Shown: positions 10,152 through 20,872 of the stretch, piece after piece
Numbering within the stretch: position 1 is the first letter of the stretch
Layout of the letters: every line of letters begins with the position of its first letter
Source: an uncultured Nitrososphaerales archaeon
Lineage (GTDB): Archaea; Thermoproteota; Nitrososphaeria; Nitrososphaerales; Nitrososphaeraceae
Direction of reading: 5' to 3'
DNA length: 64,000 bases
Assembly: GCA_963695855.1 (NCBI GenBank)
Contig: CAVOHZ010000003.1
Location: forward strand, 192,001 to 256,000
Notes under the pieces: generated by a model
Told to the model about the DNA's origin: nothing
Databases searched by the model: none
The model's input: only the letters and a program-made list of their open reading frames with translations
Program-made: the position numbers and the translations under genes

Positions 10152-11552
10152 TTAACCCACAGATCCTTCCATTTCTAATTTGACTAATCTATTCAGCTCA
10201 ACAGCATATTCCATTGGTAATTCTTTGGTAAATGGTTCTATGAATCCCCCAATAATAAGAGATAATGCATCTGATTCTGAAAATCCCCTACTCATTAAAT
10301 AAAAGATTTGGTCTTCACCTATCTTTCCCACAGTAGCTTCATGTGAAATAGTAGCATCATCTTCATTCACTTCAACATATGGATATGTATCCGTTCTTGA
10401 ATTTTCATCCAGTAAAAGTGCATCGCATCTTACATTTGATTTTACTCCCGTTGCACCTTTGGCAACGTGCAATAAGCCTCTATAAGTTGTTCTTCCTGAT
10501 TGTTTACTGACAGACTTACTGGTAATTCTTGATGTTGTATCTGATGCAAGATGTACAGCTTTGGCTCCTGCATCTTGATGCTGATCCGATCCTGCAAAAG
10601 CAATTGATACAACCTCAGCGTGAGCATTTTTTCCCAACAAGTATACGCCAGGATACTTCATAGTCAATTTACTTCCAATATTTCCATCAATCCATTCGAC
10701 TTTGGCATTTTCATAAGCGTATGCTCTTTTGGTTACTAGATTATAGACGTCTTTACTCCAATTTTGGATAGTAGTATATCTTATTTTAGCACCCTTCTTG
10801 GCAATTAACTCAACTACAGCTGAATGTAATGATTCAGTAGTATATACAGGAGCAGTACATCCTTCTATATAATGGACTTCAGAGCCCTCATCAGCAATTA
10901 TCAAGGTTCGTTCAAACTGTCCGATATTTTCTGCATTTATTCTAAAATATGCTTGTAATGGTAAATCAATTTTTACATTTGGTGGAACATAAATAAATGA
11001 ACCCCCAGACCAAACTGCACTATTTAATGCAGCAAATTTATTATCTTCTGGAGGAATTATTTTACCGAAATATTTGCGAAAAATATCGGGATGTTCCTTC
11101 ACTGCTGTATCAGTATCTAGAAATATTACTCCTTGTTTAGCTAAATCTTCATGTAAGTGGTGATATACTACCTCGGATTCATATTGAGCGCCAACACCAG
11201 CAAGAAATTTCTTCTCGGCTTCAGGGATTCCGAGCTTATCAAAAGTGTTTCTAACAGATTCCGGAACATCGTCCCAGCTTTTACTTTGCTTTTCAGAAGC
11301 TTTAGCATAATAATAAATATTTTGAAAATCGATTTTTGAGAGGTCGCCGCCCCAAGTAGGCATCGGTTTTTTCATAAAAATGTCATAAGATCTTAATCGA
11401 AAATCAAGCATCCAGGCAGGTTCATTTTTGATTTTACTTATTTCCTCTACCGTACCACGGGAAAGTCCTTTTTTACTTAGATACACGTATAAATCAGTAG
11501 AGTCCTTAAAATCGTATTTACTATAATCCATGTTCATTTCTTCGACAGTCAT
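10152..11552 (-). CDS. sufB: Fe-S cluster assembly protein SufB
   Basis: [38 protein letters not shown]. Confidence 0.97.
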   Translation of the reverse strand: MTVEEMNMDYSKYDFKDSTDLYVYLSKKGLSRGTVEEISKIKNEPAWMLDFRLRSYDIFMKKPMPTWGGDLSKIDFQNIYYYAKASEKQSKSWDDVPESVRNTFDKLGIPEAEKKFLAGVGAQYESEVVYHHLHEDLAKQGVIFLDTDTAVKEHPDIFRKYFGKIIPPEDNKFAALNSAVWSGGSFIYVPPNVKIDLPLQAYFRINAENIGQFERTLIIADEGSEVHYIEGCTAPVYTTESLHSAVVELIAKKGAKIRYTTIQNWSKDVYNLVTKRAYAYENAKVEWIDGNIGSKLTMKYPGVYLLGKNAHAEVVSIAFAGSDQHQDAGAKAVHLASDTTSRITSKSVSKQSGRTTYRGLLHVAKGATGVKSNVRCDALLLDENSRTDTYPYVEVNEDDATISHEATVGKIGEDQIFYLMSRGFSESDALSLIIGGFIEPFTKELPMEYAVELNRLVKLEMEGSVG

Positions 11553-11657
11553 TATAAATTAATAACGGCGTTATACTATATATAAATTTTGCAACACAAT
11601 AAATAATATAAAAAATAGCATAAAAGTAAAAATTTTTACAATTACATCTAAAAAAAA

Positions 11658-12440
11658 TTAAATTCGAGATTTTAACAAGTCTGCAACATCATTTAAAGAA
11701 TGCATGTGTGATTCGGTAAAGCGAATGTCATATTTTAGCAATTCTTTGCTTGTTTTAGGTCCTATTGAAATAACCAGACCTATTTTTTTTATATTTTGTA
11801 ATAAATCTTCTGATATCATTTTAATAATCTCAAAAAAAAATCTCACATTAGATGGACTAGTGAAAATCAGTGAGTCTATCTTATTATCTCCTAGCAATTT
11901 GGAAAAATCTATCCAGTTATCGTCGATACCAGATGGTTTAACATCATACAAATAAAATTCATGAACTTGATATCCTAATCTCGTAAGATTTTCTCGTAAA
12001 TAGTCATCGGCTAATCTACTTCTAGGAATAACGATTTTTCTTGCTTTCTGAGTTTTTGGAAATATCTTTAATATCCCTTCTGAGGATGATTTTGATGGAA
12101 CGTATCCAACGTTTATACCATTTTTATTCAGACTATTACTAGTTGAATTACCTATCGCTACAACTATAACTTTTTCATTAAGAATCCTGGCAATATCATC
12201 ACATTTGTTTATTCTCTTGGCAAATTCAAAAAATAATTGTACAGCATTGACACTTAAAAAAACAAAATAATCGTTTTCATTAAAAGAGAATCGAAATATC
12301 TCGTTTATAATATCAGCATTGTTAGGTATTATTTCACTAGTTTTGAGTCTAACTAACCGAATAGAGTCATTATTTAGTAAATATGAAAACTCATTTGATA
12401 AATTTCTGGAATGAGTTATTGCAATAATTTTATCTTTCAT
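11658..12440 (-). CDS. hemD: Uroporphyrinogen-III synthase
   Basis: FLSVNAV, AIG..T, FTSPSNV, SIGPKT; last gene of the hem operon. Confidence 0.88.
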   Translation of the reverse strand: MKDKIIAITHSRNLSNEFSYLLNNDSIRLVRLKTSEIIPNNADIINEIFRFSFNENDYFVFLSVNAVQLFFEFAKRINKCDDIARILNEKVIVVAIGNSTSNSLNKNGINVGYVPSKSSSEGILKIFPKTQKARKIVIPRSRLADDYLRENLTRLGYQVHEFYLYDVKPSGIDDNWIDFSKLLGDNKIDSLIFTSPSNVRFFFEIIKMISEDLLQNIKKIGLVISIGPKTSKELLKYDIRFTESHMHSLNDVADLLKSRI

Positions 12441-12456
12441 ATTATCAGATATTTTT

Positions 12457-13260
12457 TTATCTCCAACCGATCCTTTCTGACAATGAAACTACTTCTCCTA
12501 TTACTATTACCGCAGGTGGTTTAATAGATGATTCTTTCATCTTTTCTATAATATTTGATGCATTTCCTATTATTATTTTTTGATCTTGAAGAGTACCACG
12601 TTCGATAATAGCTACTTTGGTATCTTTATCCAGGCCGTGATGTATTAATTTACCCATTATTTTTGGTAGATTCTCTATTCCCATAAGAATAACTATTGTA
12701 TCCACAGATTTAGCCAATTTATCCCATCGAACACTTTTTTCTTCTTTGGTCGGATCTTCATGCCCTGTAACTATCGCAACTGAGGATGAAAGTTTTCTAT
12801 GGGTAAGCGGAATTCCAGAATAAATTGCTGACCCTATTGCGGAGGAGATCCCGGGAACAATTTCAAATCGTATACTATTTTCATAAAGAAACTCTGCTTC
12901 TTCTCCTCCTCTACCAAAAATAAAAGGATCTCCGCCTTTGAGCCGTAAAACTTTTTTGCCATCTTGAGCATACTTTAACATCATTTTATTAGTTTTTATT
13001 TGATTACTAGTAGGATCTCCAGAAGATCTTCCAACATAAAGCCGAATTGTTTTTTCTGGTATTAGTTTTAAGATTTCATTACTTACTAGCCGATCATATA
13101 ATATAATATCGCATTTTTTGATTAACTCATGACAACGCATTGTTATCAATTTCGGATTTCCTGGTCCAGAGCCACAAATGTAAACCTTGCCTTTAGTGAT
13201 TTTTTTTGTTCCATTCGTCAACAGCTTTATCCCATCCTTGTGCAAACCTAGCTGCACCAT
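12457..13260 (-). CDS. cobA: Uroporphyrinogen-III C-methyltransferase
   Basis: GSGPGNPKLIT, YDRLV, RLKGGDPFIFGRGGEE, VPGISS; exact start uncertain because it overlaps the hemC end. Confidence 0.95.
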   Translation of the reverse strand: MVQLGLHKDGIKLLTNGTKKITKGKVYICGSGPGNPKLITMRCHELIKKCDIILYDRLVSNEILKLIPEKTIRLYVGRSSGDPTSNQIKTNKMMLKYAQDGKKVLRLKGGDPFIFGRGGEEAEFLYENSIRFEIVPGISSAIGSAIYSGIPLTHRKLSSSVAIVTGHEDPTKEEKSVRWDKLAKSVDTIVILMGIENLPKIMGKLIHHGLDKDTKVAIIERGTLQDQKIIIGNASNIIEKMKESSIKPPAVIVIGEVVSLSERIGWR

Positions 13261-14149
13261 TCCTTAACAAATATTTAGCAGCTATATTTCCCAATCTCTT
13301 AGGGCAATCATAGGAACCTATTTTTTTAACAGTCAATTGTTCTGACCCATTAGAGGAAAATATTTTTGAAAAAAATCTTATACTATTATTTCTTTTTGAA
13401 GCAATCGCACATGCTCCTATAGGAAATCTACAACCACCTTCTATTCTTGATATAAAAGTTCTTTCTACTTCGATAGATTTTCTCGAAGGCTCATCTTCAA
13501 TTTTTTTCAAGAAATTAATTAGTGTTTTATTGTTTTTTTTAGATACTATTCCTAAGGCACCTTGTCCAGGCGCTGGTAGAAATTCTGTTATTTCCAGTCT
13601 TTGACTAATCACATTTAACTTGCCCAATCTTTTTAGTCCTGCTTCTGCAAGGATAATTCCATCATAATCTCCTTTTAATGTTTTATCTATTCTTGTATCT
13701 ATGTTACCACGAATTGGTTTTACAATCAAATCCTTCCGAAGATTGATCAACTGAATTGCCCTACGTAAACTACTAGTACCAATAACAGAGTTCGAAGGAA
13801 GATCTATCAATTTTCTTTTTCTTTTACTAATTAAAACATCGTTTATACATTCTCTTCGGGGTATAGAAGAAATAGTCAAATTTTCATTTAGTGTAGAAGG
13901 AACGTCTTTGATACTATGAATTGCTATGTCTACTTTGTCATTTAGCACAGCTTCATTGATTTCTTTTTCAAATATCCCTTTCCTATCCATTGAAAATAAT
14001 GCTTGTTGTTTATCTAAATCACCACTAGTTACAATTTTAACAATTTCATATTTGAAAACAGGATTTACACGTGAAAGAGATTCTAACACAATATTTGTCT
14101 GAGCAATGGCCAATTTGCTACCCCTAGTTCCTACTCTCAATTCCTTCAT
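13193..14149 (-). CDS. hemC: Hydroxymethylbilane synthase
   Basis: VGTRGSKLA, HSIKD, GTSSLRR, RGNIDTR, PAPGQG, GGC. Confidence 0.97.
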   Translation of the reverse strand: MKELRVGTRGSKLAIAQTNIVLESLSRVNPVFKYEIVKIVTSGDLDKQQALFSMDRKGIFEKEINEAVLNDKVDIAIHSIKDVPSTLNENLTISSIPRRECINDVLISKRKRKLIDLPSNSVIGTSSLRRAIQLINLRKDLIVKPIRGNIDTRIDKTLKGDYDGIILAEAGLKRLGKLNVISQRLEITEFLPAPGQGALGIVSKKNNKTLINFLKKIEDEPSRKSIEVERTFISRIEGGCRFPIGACAIASKRNNSIRFFSKIFSSNGSEQLTVKKIGSYDCPKRLGNIAAKYLLRNGAARFAQGWDKAVDEWNKKNH

Positions 14150-15432
14150 TTTATATTCATAATGTCAAGTAATGAATTGGAATAACTCTCTATAGTTCTT
14201 TCTATATCTTCTTCATTATGGGAAAATGATGTAAAACATGTTTCAAATTGTGATGGCGGAATGAAGATATCCTTTTGAAGTAGCGTCAAGAAAAATTTTT
14301 CAAATAATTTTTGATCTGATTTTATAACATCAAGTGTTGAGTTTACTTTTCCACTCGTAAAAAATATTTGAAAAAGTGATCCTATAGAATTAATAGTAAA
14401 AAATTCATCGAATTTATTTATACTGTCCCTTATTCCCTTAACCAAAGTATCACATGATCGAGCCAGTTGCGGATAAATTGCATTCTTGTTAGCCTTCAGG
14501 ATTTGCATTGTAGCAATGCAAGCAGATACAGAAATAGGATTTCCAGCGTATGTACTAGCTTGATAAACATTTCCGATTGGTGACAACTGGTCCATTATCT
14601 CTGCCTTCCCACAAATTGCTGCAATTGGGAATCCGTTACCAAGTGATTTCGAAAATGTAGCAAGATCCGGTTTAATACCAAAAAATTCACTTGCCCCACC
14701 TAAGGATAGCCTGAATCCAGTTATCACCTCATCAAAGACTAAAATAATATCGTTCTTCCGAGTTATTTTTCTCAAATTATTTAAATAATTTTTTTCAGGC
14801 AACACTAGACCATAGTTTCCCAATATAGGCTCAACAATAAGACAGCTGATATTTCCTGATTCTTTTTTAATAATATTCTCAAGATCCTCTAGATCATTGT
14901 ATTTGACTATCAATGTCTCTTTAGAAATTTCTTCGAGGGAACCTTCTGAAGAGGGGATATTTGCTGCTCCTGAACCAGCTTTTACTAGAACGTAGTCATA
15001 AGATCCGTGATAACCTCCATCAAATTTTATTATTTTCTTTCTCTTATTAAATGCCCTAGAGAGTCTAATGGCAGTCATTGTGGATTCGGAGCCGGTGTTT
15101 AGAATTCTTACCTTTTCAGCACATGGAATAATGTCAGTCAAAAGTTCTGCAAGACTCACCTCCTTTTCGGTAGGGATACAGAATAGCGTTCCCTTATCCA
15201 GCTGATTTTTTATTGTTTCCAGCACTTCAGGATAAGAGTGACCTAGGATTAAAGATCCATAACCCATACAATAATCCAATAAAGTCCTATGATCAGCAGT
15301 TACTATTTTACTTCCAAATCCAGAAGAAACAAAGAATGGATATGGTTTAAAAAACCTTACAGGGCTGTTTACCCCTCCTGGAATTACCTTTACAGATCTA
15401 TCAAATAATTCCTTTGACTTTGTAAATTTCAA
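14146..15432 (-). CDS. hemL: Glutamate-1-semialdehyde 2,1-aminomutase
   Basis: PGGVNSPVR, GYHG, FDEVITGFR, TYAGNP. Confidence 0.97.
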   Translation of the reverse strand: MKFTKSKELFDRSVKVIPGGVNSPVRFFKPYPFFVSSGFGSKIVTADHRTLLDYCMGYGSLILGHSYPEVLETIKNQLDKGTLFCIPTEKEVSLAELLTDIIPCAEKVRILNTGSESTMTAIRLSRAFNKRKKIIKFDGGYHGSYDYVLVKAGSGAANIPSSEGSLEEISKETLIVKYNDLEDLENIIKKESGNISCLIVEPILGNYGLVLPEKNYLNNLRKITRKNDIILVFDEVITGFRLSLGGASEFFGIKPDLATFSKSLGNGFPIAAICGKAEIMDQLSPIGNVYQASTYAGNPISVSACIATMQILKANKNAIYPQLARSCDTLVKGIRDSINKFDEFFTINSIGSLFQIFFTSGKVNSTLDVIKSDQKLFEKFFLTLLQKDIFIPPSQFETCFTSFSHNEEDIERTIESYSNSLLDIMNIK

Positions 15433-15470
15433 TAATAATTATTTTGATATTATTCTATTTATAAAATAAC

Positions 15471-16493
15471 TTATTTATTGTTAAGCATACTGGCCATTTT
15501 TTTTGCGTGATAAGTAATAATTATATCTGCACCTGCTCTTTTTATTGAGGTAAGAAACTCGGTCATCACATCAATTTCATTTATCCATTCTTGTTCAGAG
15601 GCTGCTTTAATTAAAGCATATTCACCAGAAACACTGAATGCACAAAGTGGAAGTTTAAAGGATTCTCTTGCTTGGTATATAAGGTCTAGATACGGAATTG
15701 CAGGTTTAACCATTATCATATCTGCACCTTCATTTACGTCCATTTCAATCTCCCTTATTGCTTCCTTTGGATTTGTGAATGGCATTTGATAGGTCTTTCT
15801 ATCTCCAAATTCGGGATATGAACCAGCCAAGTCACGGAATGGCGTATATAAAGGAGATGCAAGTTTTGCAGAATAAGCAAGAATTGAAGTGTCAAAATAT
15901 CCTTTTTCATCTAGTTCATTTCTGATGGTAGATACTTGTCCATCCATCATTGAAGAAGGTGCCACAATATCTGTGCCTGCTGCTGCGTGACTCTCAGCAA
16001 TTTTTGAGAGAATAACGTTAGTTGGATCGTTATCAATTTTTTTGTTTTTTATTATACCACAATGCCCTTTTGGAGTATATTGACACATGCATACGTCAGA
16101 TATTATGACTACTTTTTCACCAAAGTTACTGCGTATATTTTTGATTGTCTTTTGAATAATTCCTTTTTCACTATATGCTGCGTTTGCTTTATCATCTTTA
16201 TCAGATTCAATTCCAAACAAGATTACGGAATTTATCCCCAGCTTCAAAATTGAATCAACTTCATCAGTGATTTTAGACAAAGGCAATCGCTTAACATCTT
16301 GCATAGAAGATATATTTTTTGGTTCCTTTAATCCGGATTCTACAAAAACTGGACAAATAAAATCCTTAACAGAAAGTCTTGTTTCCTGTAACAGTTCTCG
16401 TATGGCTTTGTTTTTTCTCAACCTCCTTAGGCGGACAAAAGGATATCCAGATCCTCCTAAAAGCCCATAATTTGAATTAATTTGTGTTCTCAT
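15471..16493 (-). CDS. hemB: Porphobilinogen synthase
   Basis: RLRRLR, DVCMCQYT..GHCG, APSSMMDG, MVKPA, SVSGEY; ATG at 16493 chosen as start. Confidence 0.97.
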   Translation of the reverse strand: MRTQINSNYGLLGGSGYPFVRLRRLRKNKAIRELLQETRLSVKDFICPVFVESGLKEPKNISSMQDVKRLPLSKITDEVDSILKLGINSVILFGIESDKDDKANAAYSEKGIIQKTIKNIRSNFGEKVVIISDVCMCQYTPKGHCGIIKNKKIDNDPTNVILSKIAESHAAAGTDIVAPSSMMDGQVSTIRNELDEKGYFDTSILAYSAKLASPLYTPFRDLAGSYPEFGDRKTYQMPFTNPKEAIREIEMDVNEGADMIMVKPAIPYLDLIYQARESFKLPLCAFSVSGEYALIKAASEQEWINEIDVMTEFLTSIKRAGADIIITYHAKKMASMLNNK

Positions 16494-17769
16494 TATCGTA
16501 ATTAAATAATTTAGCAGCAATTTTCATAATTTCCTGTTCATCACCTGTATCGCTTTGGATATATCTACGTAAATTATTCATAGGGGTAGAAATAATTCCT
16601 TCCAATAACGCATGAGAAAATTGTTCAATTATTTTCATTTCTCGGGGGCTCATATTCTTTCCTAGAATGGATAATGCTTTTTTCAGCTCTCTTTCCCGGA
16701 TCTTATCCACATTGCGAAAAACAGATATCACAACTGGATCAGCTTTCTTCCTCTTCAACAATATATCAATATTCTTCATTTCATCCTCAATAATATCCTC
16801 AGCTGATTGAATTTCCTTTCGTCTAAACTGAATATTTCTCTTCACTATATCTCCAATTTCATCCATATTAAATAAATTAATATTTTTGATAGATGAACAA
16901 GTTTCCTCAACAGTTCTGGGATTGGATAGATCAAAAATCAAGAGTGATTTTGATCTAGAACTTGCTGCTCTCTTGATTCTATCATAGGTTAACAAATAAT
17001 AAGGAGCTACTGTGCTGACAAAGATAATATCCATTTCTCCTAATGATTCAATAGCTTTTTCAAAAAATATCGGATCTCCTCCCATTGATTGGGCAAAAGA
17101 ATTTGCTCTTTCAAAAGTTCTACTGGTATTCATAAAAAGGATATTTCGTTTTTTAAGGGCCTTTGCAACCAGCCCTGCCCCTTCTCCCGAGCCGATTAAC
17201 AAAATGTTTTTGTTGTCTAACGTTCCAAGTTTTTCTTCTGCAAGATTAACTGCCATAGATCCAACAGAAACACTACCTTTATTGATCCCAGTAAGATATC
17301 TTACCTTACTTCCAACTCTTATTGATTTTTCAAAAACAAGAGCTAGAACATTTTTTGTAAAGTTATTTGATCTAGAAAATTCATACGATCTTTTGACCTG
17401 AGCTAGAATCTGATCTTCTCCTAAAACTAATGAATCTAATCCCGATACTAACTTTAATAGATGTCTGACTACATCTTCTCCATTTTCAATAACTATCATT
17501 TCAGAAAACGTTTGGACTGATAATCCACAATGTTCTGCCCAGAATTTTATAATATTTTCTGTGTCTATCGTACCAACACATATTCCAAAGATTTCCACCC
17601 TATTACAAGTCTGTAATATTAGACATTCTCTAAGATTAAAATTTTCTAGTAAAAAGGTATGGGCACCTTCGATGTCTTTAAAAGAAAATTTTTCCAGTAA
17701 ATGAATAGGAGCTTTTTTATAGGTAACGCGAAAATTTATTATTTCAATGAATTCACTTACTAATGTCAT
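16477..17769 (-). CDS. hemA: Glutamyl-tRNA reductase
   Basis: LQTCNRVE, GLDSLVLGEDQI, GSGEG, DLSNPR. Confidence 0.97.
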   Translation of the reverse strand: MTLVSEFIEIINFRVTYKKAPIHLLEKFSFKDIEGAHTFLLENFNLRECLILQTCNRVEIFGICVGTIDTENIIKFWAEHCGLSVQTFSEMIVIENGEDVVRHLLKLVSGLDSLVLGEDQILAQVKRSYEFSRSNNFTKNVLALVFEKSIRVGSKVRYLTGINKGSVSVGSMAVNLAEEKLGTLDNKNILLIGSGEGAGLVAKALKKRNILFMNTSRTFERANSFAQSMGGDPIFFEKAIESLGEMDIIFVSTVAPYYLLTYDRIKRAASSRSKSLLIFDLSNPRTVEETCSSIKNINLFNMDEIGDIVKRNIQFRRKEIQSAEDIIEDEMKNIDILLKRKKADPVVISVFRNVDKIRERELKKALSILGKNMSPREMKIIEQFSHALLEGIISTPMNNLRRYIQSDTGDEQEIMKIAAKLFNYDNENTN

Positions 17770-18437
17770 TATTTTTCAGACTCGCCCCACTTGTTCAACA
17801 ATTTGAGAGTAAGAGTTTTGGCTTCTTCCATCCTATTGTCTTTAATTAATGTCTGAATATGCTCATCTCTAATTAAAGAATACAAGAATTTCTTTCTTTC
17901 CGATACAGTGTTGATAATAGGCCTTGCTTGTATTCTTGCAAATTCCTGCAATTTTGTATTGTCAATATCTGCCTTCTTAATTATTCTTGTTAAAATACGT
18001 TCTGCTTTTATTCTTAATCTCCTAGCCATAATAGGACTCTTACCGTAAGTTGAAATTGCTACTTGCATAGTACCTTCAATATTTATTACTGAAGCATAGG
18101 AAAAGTCGCTAACATTGGGATCATCAGCAGCGTATACAAAAGATCTAGACAATCTACCTTTCTCAACGATTTTTCTATTCAGGTCCTTATCATCGGTTGC
18201 AGCCAAAACAAGAAAAACGTCTTTGAAATTGTCTAAAACATTGGTGTCGGTAATCTTTTGTTTTATTAAATTAATCTTTCCCTCGTCAGAAAAAGTACGA
18301 AGATTAGAGTTAATCTTATCACCTATGACCGTGATTTTGCAATTTTGACCTAGTAGGCCCCGTACTTTTCTGTAGCCTTCTACCCCTCCTCCAATAACTA
18401 GGACATTTTTTCCATTGAGGTTCAGGTCAACTATCAA
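17769..18437 (-). CDS. Precorrin-2 dehydrogenase / sirohydrochlorin ferrochelatase (SirC/Met8-like)
   Basis: VLVIGGG.EG.RK, AATDD..LN, AISTYGKSP. Confidence 0.9.
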   Translation of the reverse strand: MIVDLNLNGKNVLVIGGGVEGYRKVRGLLGQNCKITVIGDKINSNLRTFSDEGKINLIKQKITDTNVLDNFKDVFLVLAATDDKDLNRKIVEKGRLSRSFVYAADDPNVSDFSYASVINIEGTMQVAISTYGKSPIMARRLRIKAERILTRIIKKADIDNTKLQEFARIQARPIINTVSERKKFLYSLIRDEHIQTLIKDNRMEEAKTLTLKLLNKWGESEK

Positions 18438-18580
18438 TTACCACACCGTGTTGAAGAAACAATATCTATTACATTATTTAAATTATTTCAACAAAAAAGA
18501 AAAGAAAAAACTATTAATAATTTTGAATCCTAAACAATACTTATTTGATTATAAAATAATATAGTAAAAAATGAGCCTAA

Positions 18581-19561
18581 TTGATAAATAAAAACTCTGC
18601 GAATAAAAAATTAGAACTTGAGGATATTGAAGAAATAGGTCCTGCAACAAAAATGCATTTGATTAACGCAGGAATCGAATCCGTAAGAGACTTGGTTGTC
18701 AGAGGACCGCAGAATATTTCTGAGGTAACAGGAATAAGTATCGAAAAGGCAATGGATTTGTGTAATAAAGCTAGAATGAAGTTAGAGGAGTTTGAAATTA
18801 TAGATAAATCATTTATAACTGCTACGGAGTTATATAAAAAGAGGCTAAATATTGAACGAATATCCACAGGATCGAAAAATCTCGATGAGTTACTAGGGGG
18901 CGGAATTGAAACTGGAGCTATCACAGAAATATATGGTGAATTTGGTTCTGGAAAAACACAAATTTGTCACACCACAGCAGTTTTGGTACAACAAAAAAAA
19001 GAATACGGGGGTTTAGAAGGTGGAATCATATACGTAGACACAGAAAATACCTTCAGGCCTGAAAGGATAGTTTCTATATCAAAATCAAGGAATATTGATC
19101 ATTCACCTGTCTTAGAAAATATTATTGTTGCAAAAGCTTTTAACAGTTCTCATCAGGAGCTTATTATTCAAGAAATTGGAAAAATAATAGAAAACAACAA
19201 CATCAAGTTAGTAATAGTCGATTCTGCTATTTCCCATTTTAGAGCAGAATTTTTAGGAAGAGGTACACTCCCGGAGAGACAACAAAAATTAAATAAATTA
19301 ATGCATATCCTTATGAGGATTGCTGAGACATATAACGTTGCAATAATAATCACTAATCAAATTCAATCTGCTCCAGATATGATATTCGGGGATCCATATA
19401 GACCGACCGGAGGGAATGTTATGGCACATTCTAGTACTTATAGAATATATTTAAAAAAAGCAGGAAAGAATAGGATAGCAAGGATTGTAGACAGTCCGTA
19501 TCATCCAGAAATTGAAGCTCTCTTTTCCCTAAGTGAAGAGGGTATTTCTGACCCAGTCTAA
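18581..19561 (+). CDS. radA: DNA repair and recombination protein RadA
   Basis: N-terminal HhH domain, GEFGSGKTQ, DTENTFRPER, FRAEFLGRGTLPERQQ, GGNVMAH. Confidence 0.96.
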   Translation: MINKNSANKKLELEDIEEIGPATKMHLINAGIESVRDLVVRGPQNISEVTGISIEKAMDLCNKARMKLEEFEIIDKSFITATELYKKRLNIERISTGSKNLDELLGGGIETGAITEIYGEFGSGKTQICHTTAVLVQQKKEYGGLEGGIIYVDTENTFRPERIVSISKSRNIDHSPVLENIIVAKAFNSSHQELIIQEIGKIIENNNIKLVIVDSAISHFRAEFLGRGTLPERQQKLNKLMHILMRIAETYNVAIIITNQIQSAPDMIFGDPYRPTGGNVMAHSSTYRIYLKKAGKNRIARIVDSPYHPEIEALFSLSEEGISDPV

Positions 19562-19606
19562 AATTTATCAGTTAATGTTAAATTAAGGAGTTAATCTAGG
19601 AGTAAT

Positions 19607-19891
19607 ATGACACGTTCACATGGATTTAGAAGAAAATCGAGATCAGTATTAACAAAAAGTAATGTACTTAGGGGTATTACTTATTTATTAATAAATTATA
19701 AAATTGGCGACAAGGTCATGATAAATATTGATCCGAGTGAACACAACACTATGCCACATAGAAGATATCAGGGAAAAATAGGAACTATCTTAGAGGTTGG
19801 AAAAAGAATAGTAAGAATTGCTATACAAATTGGAAACAAAGAAAAGATTCTTCAAACTAAAAGAAATCATATAAAATTAATAACAAATTAG
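19607..19891 (+). CDS. rpl21e: 50S ribosomal protein L21e
   Basis: SHGFRRKSR, MPHRRYQGKIG. Confidence 0.95.
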   Translation: MTRSHGFRRKSRSVLTKSNVLRGITYLLINYKIGDKVMINIDPSEHNTMPHRRYQGKIGTILEVGKRIVRIAIQIGNKEKILQTKRNHIKLITN

Positions 19892-19903
19892 GTTTGATGT
19901 TTT

Positions 19904-20239
19904 TTGGAAATACTAAAAAGAGAAGTGGTTTCTCTAGGGCAAGTAAAGGAGATTCTTGACAAGACAGAATCAGAAAACATGGATCAGATTCAGAGATGGA
20001 CTCTTGATTATGTAACCAAATTCTCAAAAACCTCGCCAGAAGAGTCAAGAAAAATTATTGAGGAATTAGTTGATCAGTGTGATCTAAAAGAAGAGGAAGC
20101 TGTTGAGATAACCAATTCTATGCCAAGTTCAATTGAAGAGCTAAGGGCATTTACATTTGGGTGGAAAAAACTTATCTTAACAGATACTCTTACTCGAATA
20201 TTAGAAATTATAAACAAGGCAAGAAATAAAGATAGTTAG
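19904..20239 (+). CDS. rpo4: RNA polymerase subunit Rpo4 (RpoF)
   Basis: QRWTLDYVTKFSK, MP.S.EELR; conserved position after rpl21e. Confidence 0.92.
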   Translation: MEILKREVVSLGQVKEILDKTESENMDQIQRWTLDYVTKFSKTSPEESRKIIEELVDQCDLKEEEAVEITNSMPSSIEELRAFTFGWKKLILTDTLTRILEIINKARNKDS

Positions 20240-20257
20240 AATTAAGGATGATCAATA

Positions 20258-20872
20258 GTGTCACAGCCAAACTACAATCCGAGAACTAGATCTAGCGAGT
20301 TTGGTGGCAGTGGCGGAAATTATCTACATCGAAAATATGAAGAATTTGCACACATATTGGATTTTTCAATAACAGGTAAGGCATCTACAGTAAAAAAAAG
20401 AGAAGGAATAATAATACAAGCAATAGGGGAGGAGAGATTAACATTATTAGAATTATTAGGAGATCCTAAAAAGAACTTTGACATTGAGGAACGTGTTTAT
20501 ATAGGCAGAGAGGGCAGAGAAAAAATTATTAGTGTACTCGGTCGTCTTAACTTTAATGATCTATCCCAATCATCTAAAAACGAAATACCAAATGTGATCG
20601 AGACAATAATAAATATTAACCAGAAAAGATTTGTTGATTATATTAACCATGCACAACCTCTAACACCCAGAATTCATGCCTTGGAATTGATTCCAGGAAT
20701 TGGAAAAACCTATATGAAAAGTATAATCATTGAAAGAGAAAGACGAAAATTTGAGGACTTCAATGACCTTCAGGCAAGAACCGGAATAAAGGAACTTCAA
20801 AAACTTATTGCAAAAAGAATAGTAGAAGAAATTTCTGGAGATACAAGGATGAACATCTTTGTAAGAAAATGA
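20258..20872 (+). CDS. DUF655 family RNA-binding protein
   Basis: QAIGEERLTLLE, RIHALELIPGIGK; conserved rpl21e-rpo4-DUF655-ksgA order. Confidence 0.92.
   Translation: MSQPNYNPRTRSSEFGGSGGNYLHRKYEEFAHILDFSITGKASTVKKREGIIIQAIGEERLTLLELLGDPKKNFDIEERVYIGREGREKIISVLGRLNFNDLSQSSKNEIPNVIETIININQKRFVDYINHAQPLTPRIHALELIPGIGKTYMKSIIIERERRKFEDFNDLQARTGIKELQKLIAKRIVEEISGDTRMNIFVRK

Noticed and set aside
13193-13260. hemC/cobA overlap across an A8 run, as a possible programmed-frameshift fusion
   Set aside because: cobA has in-frame ATG/TTG starts in the overlap, and short overlaps are common throughout this operon
18577-18924. Antisense ORFs over core genes (also 1482-1898, 17012-17401, 41003-41362, 62213-62638 and others)
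   Set aside because: Shadow frames of well-supported genes, with no motifs of their own
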